Shown here: piece after piece, positions 31,909 to 41,660 of the stretch
Layout of the letters: the number at the start of each line of letters is the position of its first letter
How positions within the stretch are numbered: position 1 is the stretch's first letter
Assembly: GCA_016840085.1 (NCBI GenBank)
Contig: JAEOTA010000086.1
Location: 137,130 to 201,129 of the forward strand
Source: Promethearchaeota archaeon
Lineage (GTDB): Archaea; Asgardarchaeota; Lokiarchaeia; Sigyniarchaeales; SOKP01
DNA: 64,000 bases
Reading direction: 5' to 3'
Translations under genes and position numbers: made by a program
The notes under the pieces: model-generated
The model's database searches: none
What the model was told of the DNA's origin: nothing
The model's input: only the letters and a program-made list of their open reading frames with translations

Positions 31909-31993
31909 AACTCTGTTTTAAAATTATATAGAAAAATTATATCTCAATAAATTCAATAATATTATTAATTATTGAAATGGTTAAAAATCTTTT

Positions 31994-34303
31994 TTATTGA
32001 TTTGGTTTGTACTTATATCTACTTATTTTATAAATCTCTTGAGCAATTTTTTTACCAATACTCTCAATTTTAATTAAATCAGGAATGTCTGCTAAAACTA
32101 ATTTCTGTAAAGTCTTAAATTCATTCAATAAATTTTTAGCTCGAAGATTATTTACACCTGGAATTCCAGCAACAATATATTCTAAAAGATGCGAAGTTTC
32201 AATAGGTGCTTTATCAAACCGTATAGAAATTTTATTCTTAGATTCGGACTGTTCTTTTTTTGCCAGTTGATATAAAAACATAGCAGTTTCTTCAGAATTC
32301 TCCGTTTTATATACACTTATGCCTAAATTTAGAATAATTGTAGTAATCGCTCCATATAGCGCATTTTCGTTAATAGTAGATTCATTAAATGGATCACCTT
32401 CTAAGATTAATATAGAGCTTTCAAACCTATTCTTTAGATCAAATAATTCATTGAATAATCTTCCATCCTTTATTGAATCGATAAAGTCTTGAGCCGTCTT
32501 TCTTTCAATACCGACTCTATTTGAAAGCACATAATCCGCAATAGGTAATTGCTCTAATTTTAAGGTTACACCCATTAATGAAAGTGTTCTAACAACAGAC
32601 GATGCTGTCTCTCGATTATCACATATAATTTGGTACTTATTAGCGTCATCTATTTTTTGATTTAGCATTATCCCACTTTCTTTTGTCACAAAATCTAAAA
32701 GATTTGATTGTCCTGATTTCTCTAATTGTTCCGATTGTTTTATCTTTCCTAAACTATCTCTCATATTTCTTTCTTTAACTTTTTCTGCCCAATAATATCC
32801 CTCATCCCTTGTATCTTCTGCCATTAAGATGTAAACTTTTCCCTCTTTTTTACGCCCAGTACGACCTCGGCGCTGAATTGCTCGTATAGCACTTGGCACC
32901 ACATCATAAAAAACAACTAGATCACATTCTGCTATATCTAATCCTTCCTCCGCGACACTTGTTCCTATAAGAGTGTTATATATCCCTTTTTTAAATTCTT
33001 CCAGGATTCTAATTTGCTCTTTCTGAGTTAAACCTTTATCAGAACCTTTTTTAGCTTGCCCTACAAATTTGTGAGCATTTATTATCTCATCTTTCTCAAA
33101 ATATCTTACAATGTTATTCACTGAGTCTCTAAAATGACAGAAGACTAATATTCTTGAATTTTTATGATCTTTAAGTTGAGACCTTAGAATTTTTTTTAAT
33201 TTCTCAAGTTTGGGATGAACTATACCCTTCGATTGGATTTGATATGTTAGCTCTATTACCCGTTTGATATCATTATCTAAAAACAATTCTTTCAAAGATT
33301 TATTAGCTAAATTATTTTTTACTTTTTCTTCATTTTTCACGATATAATCTTTTAGAGCATTAATTCCTTGAGTTTCAAGAAGTTCAAGCATATGAGAGAT
33401 TCGAATAGCATTAGCCTGTAGTTTTTTAGCGTAAAACATCTCAAACTTTTCACTATCATCTCGTAAGAATGAAATCTTTCTATTAATAACTGTATTAAGC
33501 TGTAAAAGATCTTTCCTCGTTACTTTATTCACATCATAGGAATTGAGTAATTCCTTTTCTTTTAACCATTTATAAATATTTTTTAGTTTTTCTTCTAAAA
33601 TTTTTTTAATCTCTATGAATTCATTAGGAAGCTTAATTTTTATCCATTTATTATCCACATCTTGGATATATGGTTTAACATCAACATCATTTTCAGTTCT
33701 TATTTCTACATGGTTGATAAATAAATTTTGTTTTATTTCGTTAATTTTTTCTTGAGTAGAACCCGGGCTTGCTGTTAAACCTAAAATCTGAGGAGTTATT
33801 GCACTTTCAATATATTTTTTGGCAATAAAACAATAAGCATAATCACCTATGGCTCTATGACACTCATCAAAAATGATCAAAGAGACATCTTTTATCGAAT
33901 AATTTTTAGATATAATATCATTTTGTAATACTTGGGGTGTCATAAAAGCCACACGGAGTTTTTCCCATAATATTTTTCTTTTCACCGGTGGCGTGGTACC
34001 TGTTATTGATACTAGTTCATCAGGATTAATCTCGGTTAAACTTAAAAAAGAGTTATAATGTTGCTCTACTAAAGGTTTTGTTGGAGCTAATAAAATGACT
34101 TTAGAATCTGGTATATCAGTTAATTTTTGAACTGTTAGCATTAATGCTATAATTGTTTTCCCTAAACCTGTAGGAATAACCACTAAACAATTTTTATTTA
34201 GGCAATTTATAAAAATGTTTTCTTGATATTTCCGTCGAGAAATTAAATTACTCTTAATTAGGGGATGTGAAATGAAATCATTTTTTATTGAGACTGAAAT
34301 CAC
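31994..34303 (-). CDS. hef: Hef/FANCM-like helicase-nuclease
   Basis: PTGLGKT, DECH, TASP, QRRGRTGR; ERCC4 DNRE, GIERK, HhH2. Confidence 0.95.
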   Translation of the reverse strand: MISVSIKNDFISHPLIKSNLISRRKYQENIFINCLNKNCLVVIPTGLGKTIIALMLTVQKLTDIPDSKVILLAPTKPLVEQHYNSFLSLTEINPDELVSITGTTPPVKRKILWEKLRVAFMTPQVLQNDIISKNYSIKDVSLIIFDECHRAIGDYAYCFIAKKYIESAITPQILGLTASPGSTQEKINEIKQNLFINHVEIRTENDVDVKPYIQDVDNKWIKIKLPNEFIEIKKILEEKLKNIYKWLKEKELLNSYDVNKVTRKDLLQLNTVINRKISFLRDDSEKFEMFYAKKLQANAIRISHMLELLETQGINALKDYIVKNEEKVKNNLANKSLKELFLDNDIKRVIELTYQIQSKGIVHPKLEKLKKILRSQLKDHKNSRILVFCHFRDSVNNIVRYFEKDEIINAHKFVGQAKKGSDKGLTQKEQIRILEEFKKGIYNTLIGTSVAEEGLDIAECDLVVFYDVVPSAIRAIQRRGRTGRKKEGKVYILMAEDTRDEGYYWAEKVKERNMRDSLGKIKQSEQLEKSGQSNLLDFVTKESGIMLNQKIDDANKYQIICDNRETASSVVRTLSLMGVTLKLEQLPIADYVLSNRVGIERKTAQDFIDSIKDGRLFNELFDLKNRFESSILILEGDPFNESTINENALYGAITTIILNLGISVYKTENSEETAMFLYQLAKKEQSESKNKISIRFDKAPIETSHLLEYIVAGIPGVNNLRAKNLLNEFKTLQKLVLADIPDLIKIESIGKKIAQEIYKISRYKYKPNQ

Positions 34304-34494
34304 CAGCGTCTCTCATTCTCTATCGGTTCATTATTACATAATTTGAGAAATATATATAAACTAACAGACTTTATTGGATCTTTAAAAAATTCTTAAATTC
34401 TTAAATTAATTTACTAATAATTTAATAAATCATTTTTAGCAATTCAATAAAGTAAAATTTATTTCATATTAGTCATTAATTTTAATGTCAGTAA

Positions 34495-34598
34495 GCGCGA
34501 GTGGTTTAGTGGTTATAACAACACGCTCACACCGTGTATTTCTGTGAAAATTGCTTTATAGATAACGAAGGTCGGGGGTTCAAATCCCCCCTTGCGCA
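34495..34598 (+). tRNA. tRNA-Val(CAC) with a 31-nt intron at non-canonical position 44/45 (34539-34569)
   Basis: Acceptor GCGCGAG/CTTGCGC-A; D-arm GTTT-AGTGGTTA-TAAC; anticodon arm ACACG-CT CAC AC-CGTGT; T-arm GGGGG-TTCAAAT-CCCCC. The insert forms a hairpin (TCTGTGAA/TTTATAGA) with relaxed bulge-helix-bulge geometry. Confidence 0.9.
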
Positions 34599-35544
34599 TT
34601 TTTCAATCTTGTTAAAAATTCTTTACTCTCTATTAATTTTAAATTTAAATTAACCATTTAATTTTAAATATCATTACTTAAAACTAAAATTGAAGAAAAC
34701 CTGCACTAAATGCCAGAGAACCTTGGATTTAACGCATTTTCGGATATCAAAAGGATATAATAGTAATATCTGTAGAAAATGTGAATTAAAACAAAAAAAT
34801 ATAAGAAATTTTCAGATTAAGTATAAGATTATTAAAAATTATTTTAATGGAAAATGCAGAGATTGTGAAACTAATTATTTGAACCTTCCAGCTTTAGAAT
34901 TTCACCATCCTGATTTGAGCAAAAAAACTACAACATGGAGGAAACTCAAAGGGCAAAGTTATTCAAATATTCTTAGCAGACTTTTATATGATAAAGTCCA
35001 ACTTTTATGCAGAAATTGCCATACTTTAGCAGGAGCCACTACATTTAAATTTTATAAGGAAATTATTCTAAAATATGATTTTCCTTTAAATGATATTAAT
35101 AAAAACAATATTCTTGATTCAATAAATAATGAGTTACATCAGTTCCATTTAGATGAGAAATTCAATAACAAAACTAAATATCACATTTTAAAATGGATTA
35201 AGAAAAAATCATTAATTGAACTACTCTATAAGGGTAGTTGTGTTGGGTGTGAAAAAACCAATATTGAAAACAATCTACCCGCTTTAATTTTTCATCATTT
35301 AGATCAGTTTAAAAAAGATAAAATCTCAAGATGGCAAAAAATCTCAAATTTGAGCATACAAGAAATTATAAATTTATTAAAAAAAGAAAAATGTGTTTGT
35401 CTATGTGCTAATTGTCATAAATTTATTGAATCAATACAATTTTTAGAACAACAAAACTTAATTATAGGTGAAAGGAATGCTTTAGAAGTGAAAAGAACGT
35501 TTAATCTAATTATCTCAAGAATAGAAAATTTTAATATAATTTAG
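34539..35544 (+). mobile_element. Putative tRNA-targeting HNH cassette (new intron + replacement tRNA 3' half + endonuclease gene)
   Basis: Lies between the tRNA 5' half (to position 44) and a second tRNA 3' half starting at about position 46. The only ORF is a tandem HNH nuclease; there is no integrase. Confidence 0.6.
34690..35544 (+). CDS. Tandem HNH endonuclease with an N-terminal Zn finger
   Basis: CTKC...CRKC, then two repeats of CxxC...LPALxFHH...LCxNCH; TTG start. Confidence 0.85.
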   Translation: MKKTCTKCQRTLDLTHFRISKGYNSNICRKCELKQKNIRNFQIKYKIIKNYFNGKCRDCETNYLNLPALEFHHPDLSKKTTTWRKLKGQSYSNILSRLLYDKVQLLCRNCHTLAGATTFKFYKEIILKYDFPLNDINKNNILDSINNELHQFHLDEKFNNKTKYHILKWIKKKSLIELLYKGSCVGCEKTNIENNLPALIFHHLDQFKKDKISRWQKISNLSIQEIINLLKKEKCVCLCANCHKFIESIQFLEQQNLIIGERNALEVKRTFNLIISRIENFNII

Positions 35545-35601
35545 ACAGGGGTTCAAAATTCTGAAAATCTATTTTGGTGTGAATTGTTCCCTCCTCGCGC
35601 A
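35544..35601 (+). pseudogene. Orphan tRNA 3' half (about positions 46-73) with a ~30-nt T-loop (59/60) intron
   Basis: GAC-AGGGG-TTCAAA-[35558-35587]-T-CCCTC-CTCGCGC-A. CTCGCGC is the perfect complement of the upstream tRNA's GCGCGAG. An A49.C65 mismatch suggests decay. Confidence 0.75.
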
Positions 35602-35689
35602 TTTACTTTATTGCCTTTAAAAATCGAAAAAGTTATATGATATTTTGCATTTTTTAAATCTAATTACTGATTTTATGGTTAATTCAACC

Positions 35690-35992
35690 ATGTCTAGTTT
35701 CTTAGAATCTCGAGAATTACGTAAACTCTATAAGAAAGTAAGAAAAAATATTAAAATTGGATCAATTTTTTTAACTAGATACGAGAAAGCAAGGATTGTA
35801 GGGGCCAGAGCTCTACAAATATCATTTGGGGCTCCAATCTTAGTGGAAAAACCAGTAGATATGATAGATCCTATTAAAATTGCTCAATTAGAATTAAAAT
35901 CAAAAATCTTACCTTTAACTATTAGACGAGAAAATCCCAGTGGAGAATACCAAGATATCCCAATAAATAAACTAATTTTAAAAAAAGATTAG
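35690..35992 (+). CDS. rpoK: RNA polymerase subunit Rpo6/K
   Basis: LTRYEKARIVGARALQIS.GAP, LPLTIRR. ATG at 35690 (or 35675) is preferred over TTG at 35645. Confidence 0.95.
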   Translation: MSSFLESRELRKLYKKVRKNIKIGSIFLTRYEKARIVGARALQISFGAPILVEKPVDMIDPIKIAQLELKSKILPLTIRRENPSGEYQDIPINKLILKKD

Positions 35993-36004
35993 TTATTCTA
36001 TAAC

Positions 36005-36451
36005 TTATTGAACCCGGTATTTACCTCTCTCAGTTAGGATATAAACACATTTATCCCCAACCATTTCTGACTCAATATAACCTTTAGAAATTAAATGATT
36101 AAGAATTTCTTCTAATTCTGATTTTTTAAAGCCTGGAATTCCTAATGGTATCCTTGACTGGTTGGCGATTATAGCAATTCGTTCTAAAAATAATCTTTTA
36201 CCCATGAAAGTTTCAAGAATTGTAATTTCATCATTAGAAAGCCTTTCAAATTGATCATGCTCTATAAATCGTTCTTTTAAAGTCTGAGCAAGATTTCTTG
36301 TCTCTGGACTTAATTCTTGTTTTTTAACTTCTACATGTTTAAGTTGAACTAGATCTTTTGCAACTGGTTGTTTTTGTCCTTCCTCTTTTTCTTGTTCTTT
36401 TTCATTCGACAACTGTTCATTTTTATTTTCCATAATATTACCATAAGGCAT
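36005..36451 (-). CDS. Hypothetical protein with a C-terminal winged helix
   Basis: Low-complexity E/K/Q N-terminus; ELEEILNHLISKGYI...YILTERG. Confidence 0.6.
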   Translation of the reverse strand: MPYGNIMENKNEQLSNEKEQEKEEGQKQPVAKDLVQLKHVEVKKQELSPETRNLAQTLKERFIEHDQFERLSNDEITILETFMGKRLFLERIAIIANQSRIPLGIPGFKKSELEEILNHLISKGYIESEMVGDKCVYILTERGKYRVQ

Positions 36452-36478
36452 ATAATTATAAAAATTTATATTTAAATA

Positions 36479-37051
36479 ATGAGGAAGGTTTTAACCCTTA
36501 GAACTGGGGAAGAAATAATTATAAGACATCTGAAAAAATCAGATGTAGAGGGAGTCTGGAATAATTTTAATGAAGTAATAGATGAAGGATTATATTTACC
36601 TGTTCTATTTCCTGTCAGAACTCAACTTGAAAAAGAATCATGGTATCATTATATTAAAAAAGAAAATGAAATTTGCATTATAGCAGAAAATCCTAAATTG
36701 AAACCTCCATTTAATATAATTGGACAATGCGAAATTTCAAATTCCGATTGGGATGCTGCTACTCATGTAGGTGTCTTAGGTATTATTGTAAAAAAAAAAT
36801 ATCGAGATTTTGGCATTGGTCGAGAAATAATTCAAATAGCTATTAAAGAATCTAAAAAATTAAATAATAAGGAAAAAATCACTTTAAGTTGTTTTTCAAC
36901 AAATCAGAGAGCAATATATCTTTATAAAAAATTAGGCTTTAAAATCGTAGGCACAAAAAAAAAACAATTTTACATGGAGTCAAACTATTATGATGAAGTT
37001 CTCATGGAACTCTGGATTGATGACTTTTTGAGTCACAATATAGAGTCATAA
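36479..37051 (+). CDS. GNAT N-acetyltransferase
   Basis: LGIIVKKKYRDFGIG, NQRAIYLYKKLGF. Confidence 0.9.
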   Translation: MRKVLTLRTGEEIIIRHLKKSDVEGVWNNFNEVIDEGLYLPVLFPVRTQLEKESWYHYIKKENEICIIAENPKLKPPFNIIGQCEISNSDWDAATHVGVLGIIVKKKYRDFGIGREIIQIAIKESKKLNNKEKITLSCFSTNQRAIYLYKKLGFKIVGTKKKQFYMESNYYDEVLMELWIDDFLSHNIES

Positions 37052-37064
37052 TATCATTTTAAAT

Positions 37065-38507
37065 CTAAGGGAACCTAAACCTCTTTTTATATTGATCCCA
37101 ACTCTTCTTATCTAAAGGATTTTCGTTCAAAAATAGAAAATTCAAATTAGTCAAACTTCTAATACTTTCATTTCTAAATTTTGATAAATTATTTCTCCCA
37201 ATATGAAATATAATTAAATTCTTTAAACCGTCAAAGCCTTCCAGTTCTTCTATGTTGTTGCCATCTAAATACAGTTCTTGCAATTCACCTAAAGTATCTA
37301 ACCCTTCTAATTTTTTAATTCTGTTATTAGACAGTTCTAACTTCTTTAAATTTGTCAAATTGTCAAGAAATTCAATTTTTACTATGCAATTATTTGAAAG
37401 ATATAATCCCTTTAATTTATCACACATCTCCAATCCTTCAATTTGAGAAAGTCTATTATCATTAAAATATAACCAAAATAAATTATTTAGTTCTACAAGC
37501 CCCCTTATCTTTTCTATGTGGTTGAATGAAAGGTTTAACCTTTTTAAATTCACGAGTGCTTCTAAATTCCTTATAATTTTTATCAAATTATGACTTAGGT
37601 TTAAATCCTCTAACGATACTAAAGAATTCAAATTATCAATTTCTTTTATTAGATTATTATTTAAAGAGAGTTTTTTTAACTTATTCAAAGATTCTAAGTT
37701 TTCTATTATTCTAATTTTGTTATTTGATAAACCTAAGACTTCTAAATCACCTAAATTATTTAGATTCTCTATCTTTTCTATTTTATTATTAGATAAATCT
37801 AAAGTTTTTAAATTATTTAAAAGATGCAAATTAAGACAACTCGTAAGACTATTTCTTTGCATTACAAGATGTTCTAAATTACATAGATTACTTAGCCCCT
37901 TAATCTCTTTTAGATTCTTTATATTTGAACTCTCACAATTTAATGATATTATCTTTCCTTTTCGTATAGTAACAAGAAACCCACATTCATTTTTATAATA
38001 ATCACTTAAGATTAAATTAATGCAAATCTCAAGAATATTGTCAGGAATAGCATTATTACAATTATAACTAAAGATCTCTTCAGGAAACTGTTTAACCTTA
38101 TCTTTAAACCTTTTTTTTATGAAATCTTTCAGGTATTCTATTATAATTCTTCGAGTTTTAAAATTATCAATTGAGTTTAAAGTGTGTATTGCATAAATTT
38201 TCTGGTCTATATTAATAATTTTTTTTAATGTGTATTCTAAAAGAGGTATAAGCTTTTTATAATCTGAATATTTATCCCTTAAAATATTTCCAGCAACTAA
38301 TTTAATATGGGGATCCTCATCTGAGAGGAATAGCTGTTCTAAAAATTTAAAGTTTTTACAATTATCAATTGTTCCATAAATTTTTAGTGACTTTTTTCTT
38401 ATCTTAGGATCATTTGAACCATCAATAAGCTCTCTTAAAAGAGCCAAGCCCTCTTTTGTTCCAATTTGTTTTAAATTTTCTTTTATATAATCGGGATTAG
38501 ATAACAT
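37065..38507 (-). CDS. Leucine-rich repeat protein (SDS22-like) with an N-terminal HEAT-like region
   Basis: About 12 repeats of LxxLxLxxNxIxxIxxL (22 aa). Confidence 0.92.
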   Translation of the reverse strand: MLSNPDYIKENLKQIGTKEGLALLRELIDGSNDPKIRKKSLKIYGTIDNCKNFKFLEQLFLSDEDPHIKLVAGNILRDKYSDYKKLIPLLEYTLKKIINIDQKIYAIHTLNSIDNFKTRRIIIEYLKDFIKKRFKDKVKQFPEEIFSYNCNNAIPDNILEICINLILSDYYKNECGFLVTIRKGKIISLNCESSNIKNLKEIKGLSNLCNLEHLVMQRNSLTSCLNLHLLNNLKTLDLSNNKIEKIENLNNLGDLEVLGLSNNKIRIIENLESLNKLKKLSLNNNLIKEIDNLNSLVSLEDLNLSHNLIKIIRNLEALVNLKRLNLSFNHIEKIRGLVELNNLFWLYFNDNRLSQIEGLEMCDKLKGLYLSNNCIVKIEFLDNLTNLKKLELSNNRIKKLEGLDTLGELQELYLDGNNIEELEGFDGLKNLIIFHIGRNNLSKFRNESIRSLTNLNFLFLNENPLDKKSWDQYKKRFRFP

Positions 38508-39036
38508 TTGAGCGGAACTAGTTTTAAATCCTAAAAAATTGATAAAAATTTAATATTAAATTCAATACTATTAATTTGTAAATTAATACAAATGTCTATA
38601 CATAAAAAATAATTCAATTCAATTAAATATCTCCAACACATTTAATCCTTCAGTTTTAGTTCTTAAAAATCCCTTTTTTTATAACAATCTTTTACAAATT
38701 CTAAATTTTTGATAATAATTTGTTATCAAACCATTATCAAATGGAATTAAATGATATCTCTGATGGACTTATTTGCAAATCCGAAATAATTAGAAATTTT
38801 AATTTCGTTTATATATTGCTTATGTAAACAATACATTTTCTTTAAGGTTTAAAAAAATTTATAAATACATAATTTATTAGATTATTAAATTTTGTATTTT
38901 ACACATTAATTGTACCTTAAAAATACAATTTTTTGATAAAACATAAAAATTAAAATTACCACATGTAATATAAAATATACATCTAAAAATAAAATCCAAA
39001 TAAATCAAAATTAAAAATATAGGCTGATAATAAAAT

Positions 39037-40182
39037 ATGGCAGAAGAAGAAAGCTTTCTGAATGCAAAAGCATTAGTAGTAGACAATGGTACAGGTATCT
39101 CAAAAAATGGTTTTGCCGGAGAAGATCAACCTCGTTCTGTCTTTCCCACTCTTATTGGTTATCCTAAATATGAATCTATCATGACAGATGTTGAGCATTA
39201 TACACGGGAATACTATATTGGGGAAGAAGCCATGCAGCTTAAAGGTGTTCTAAAACTCATGTTCCCTGTTGAACATGGTATTATTGAAGATTGGACTGCC
39301 ATGGAGAAAATCTGGCACTATACATTCTATACGGATCTAAGAATCGATCCAAGCGAACATCCAGTACTTTTAACAGAAGCGCCATTAAATCCACGGCCCA
39401 ACCGTGAAAAAATGGCCGAAATTATGTTTGAGACCTTTAATACTCCTGCTCTTTATGTCGCAATGCAGGCAGTTTTATCTCTCTATGCTTCTGGTCGTAC
39501 TACGGGGTGTGTTATAGATATTGGTGATGGAGTATCCCACGTTGTACCAATCTTCGAAGGATTCGCCTTAAGTCATGCTATTCAGAGAATTGATCTTGCG
39601 GGTAGAGACATAACCACTTATTTACAACGATTACTCAGACAAAAAGGATATTCTTTTACAACATCAGCTGAAAAGCAAATTGTGAGAGATATAAAGGAGA
39701 AACTATGCTACGTCGCAATTGATCCCGAGAAAGAGATGATGTTGAGTAAGAAAGTTGCTGGAATGGAAAAAAGCTACATGCTACCTGATGGTGAAACCAT
39801 CAATGTTGGTGTAGAAAGATTTTTAGCTCCTGAATGCTTTTTTAATCCATCAGTAATCGGGAAAGAGCTTGAACCCTTAGATGACGTAATAGTTGGTTCC
39901 ATTTCCGAGTGTGATGTTGATCTCCGCCGAGATCTTTATAGCAACATCGTTTTATCTGGCGGGAGCACTATGTTCCCTGGTATAAAGGAACGGTTAACGA
40001 AAGAGATAAAAGAGCAAATCCCGGAGAGCGTCGATGTTAAAATAATTGCTCCACCTGAGCGTATGTATTCAGTCTGGATCGGTGGATCAATTTTAAGCTC
40101 ACTTAAAACATTCCATCGTATGTGGGTCACCAGACGAGAATATAAAGAGATGGGTCCCCAAGTTATTCACAGATGCTTTTAA
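39037..40182 (+). CDS. Conserved Asgard actin (lokiactin)
   Basis: [77 protein letters not shown]. Confidence 0.97.
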   Translation: MAEEESFLNAKALVVDNGTGISKNGFAGEDQPRSVFPTLIGYPKYESIMTDVEHYTREYYIGEEAMQLKGVLKLMFPVEHGIIEDWTAMEKIWHYTFYTDLRIDPSEHPVLLTEAPLNPRPNREKMAEIMFETFNTPALYVAMQAVLSLYASGRTTGCVIDIGDGVSHVVPIFEGFALSHAIQRIDLAGRDITTYLQRLLRQKGYSFTTSAEKQIVRDIKEKLCYVAIDPEKEMMLSKKVAGMEKSYMLPDGETINVGVERFLAPECFFNPSVIGKELEPLDDVIVGSISECDVDLRRDLYSNIVLSGGSTMFPGIKERLTKEIKEQIPESVDVKIIAPPERMYSVWIGGSILSSLKTFHRMWVTRREYKEMGPQVIHRCF

Positions 40183-40199
40183 GCCAAGTAAACTCCTTT

Positions 40200-40240
40200 A
40201 ATTTTATTTGATTTTTTTTTATTAACTTTTTTTTTATTAA
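40200..40240 (+). terminator. Oligo-T terminator downstream of actin
   Basis: Long T-tracts right after the actin stop codon. Confidence 0.5.
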
Positions 40241-40339
40241 TAATTTTAACAACAAAATAGTATCAGTTATAATTATTTTAATAAAGATCCTCACTTAGAG
40301 ATACTGATTTTTTAATGAGGAATTGATATTATTTTATCT

Positions 40340-40765
40340 CTAAGATTCGTGGATAAACAAATACCACATCCATTTTGACAAACTGACTTTTATTTTATTT
40401 AATTTAATGATGTAAGAAATCAACATTCGTTCATAGTCTTTTGAATCCAACTTCTTATCTTCAACAATACTACAAAGGATTACATCATCCATTTTTACGG
40501 ACTTTAAATTACGTAATATTTGTTGAGATTGTGTAATATCTTTTATCCCCCATTTTTCCATTATTCGGTTTCCATACCATAATTCAATCAGATCTTTTAA
40601 AGAAATTATGTCAGATTTTAAACGATTTACTTCAGCTAATAGTGGATTTTCATATCCTTTAATTATAAAAGGAATATCTGGAAATTCATATTGATCTAAT
40701 ATCTTTAATACCTCTCTTGTGATATCCTGAACCGTTCTTCCTAATGTGAATATAGAACACATCAT
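40340..40765 (-). CDS. Hypothetical protein
   Basis: 141-aa ORF co-oriented with the adjacent 92-aa ORF; no recognisable motif. Confidence 0.6.
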   Translation of the reverse strand: MMCSIFTLGRTVQDITREVLKILDQYEFPDIPFIIKGYENPLLAEVNRLKSDIISLKDLIELWYGNRIMEKWGIKDITQSQQILRNLKSVKMDDVILCSIVEDKKLDSKDYERMLISYIIKLNKIKVSLSKWMWYLFIHES

Positions 40766-40788
40766 TTTTTATTTCTACTTATAATTAA

Positions 40789-41067
40789 TTACTCTAAATT
40801 CATAGCAATATCTTTAAAGAGATGATATGTGACTATTAGGATTTCATCAAAATCTTTTTCTTGCATGTCAGAGCTATGGTATTTTAACTTATTCAAAAGA
40901 TCCCCTAACTTTTCTAATGCATATTTAAGATGATATGAATCATCCCTGTTTTTAGCTTTATTAAAATTTGCTTTTAAAAATATAATCTCACTAACAAGTA
41001 CATTAATTAGTTTAACTTTCCTCGATTGGATAAACTCATTATATTGCAATATTAATGTTTCACTCAT
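40789..41067 (-). CDS. Hypothetical small helical protein
   Basis: 92-aa ORF with ATG start. Confidence 0.55.
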   Translation of the reverse strand: MSETLILQYNEFIQSRKVKLINVLVSEIIFLKANFNKAKNRDDSYHLKYALEKLGDLLNKLKYHSSDMQEKDFDEILIVTYHLFKDIAMNLE

Positions 41068-41307
41068 TTGTATAGCCTTTATTATTATTTTTTTCCTAAA
41101 TAAAATTAAAATAAAGATAAATTAATTTTTTTAAGAGTCCAATTATTGAGAATAATTTCAGTGTTAGTGATTCAATATTAATATAATTTAAAATTCTTGG
41201 ATAAAGATATCTGGCTCGATTTTCAAAAATTGGTTTAGTAAAATAATTAATAGTTTGATATTCATAATTAATTCAAATAAATATAAAGTAGAATGTAAGC
41301 CTGTAAA

Positions 41308-41463
41308 ATGAAAGATGAGAAAATAGAAATAAAGCGGGATGTATGGAACTATTTTCGCAGCTACAGAATAGCACCTATTCAGAAAAGATATTTAGAAAAA
41401 GGAAGAATAAGAGAAATAATTGAAATTAAAAGACAATATCATCAACATAAAGTTAATCATTAG
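41308..41463 (+). CDS. Possible small basic protein (51 aa, MKDEKIEIKRDVWNYFRSYRIAPIQKRYLEKG...)
   Basis: ATG...TAG ORF read by eye; below the ORF-track cutoff. Confidence 0.3.
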   Translation: MKDEKIEIKRDVWNYFRSYRIAPIQKRYLEKGRIREIIEIKRQYHQHKVNH

Positions 41464-41660
41464 GCGGAACACGCATCTTAATCGACAAAATAAAAGTTAT
41501 AAATATGTTATTTATAATATAGAATTACTTCATTCTATATAGTAAATTTTAATTTACATGATTGGATATTTGTTTTTATAAAAGATATCTAAAATTTTTG
41601 AATTCAATGTGATTTTAATTTCCTTAATCATTATAGTTAGTTAAAAGGAGGATATAATAT

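Noticed and set aside
34539-35601. Classical integrase-driven provirus with attL/attR in the tRNA
   Set aside because: No integrase or viral genes are present, the span is only ~1 kb, and the two 3' halves differ in sequence and intron content. A heavily reduced relic cannot be fully excluded.
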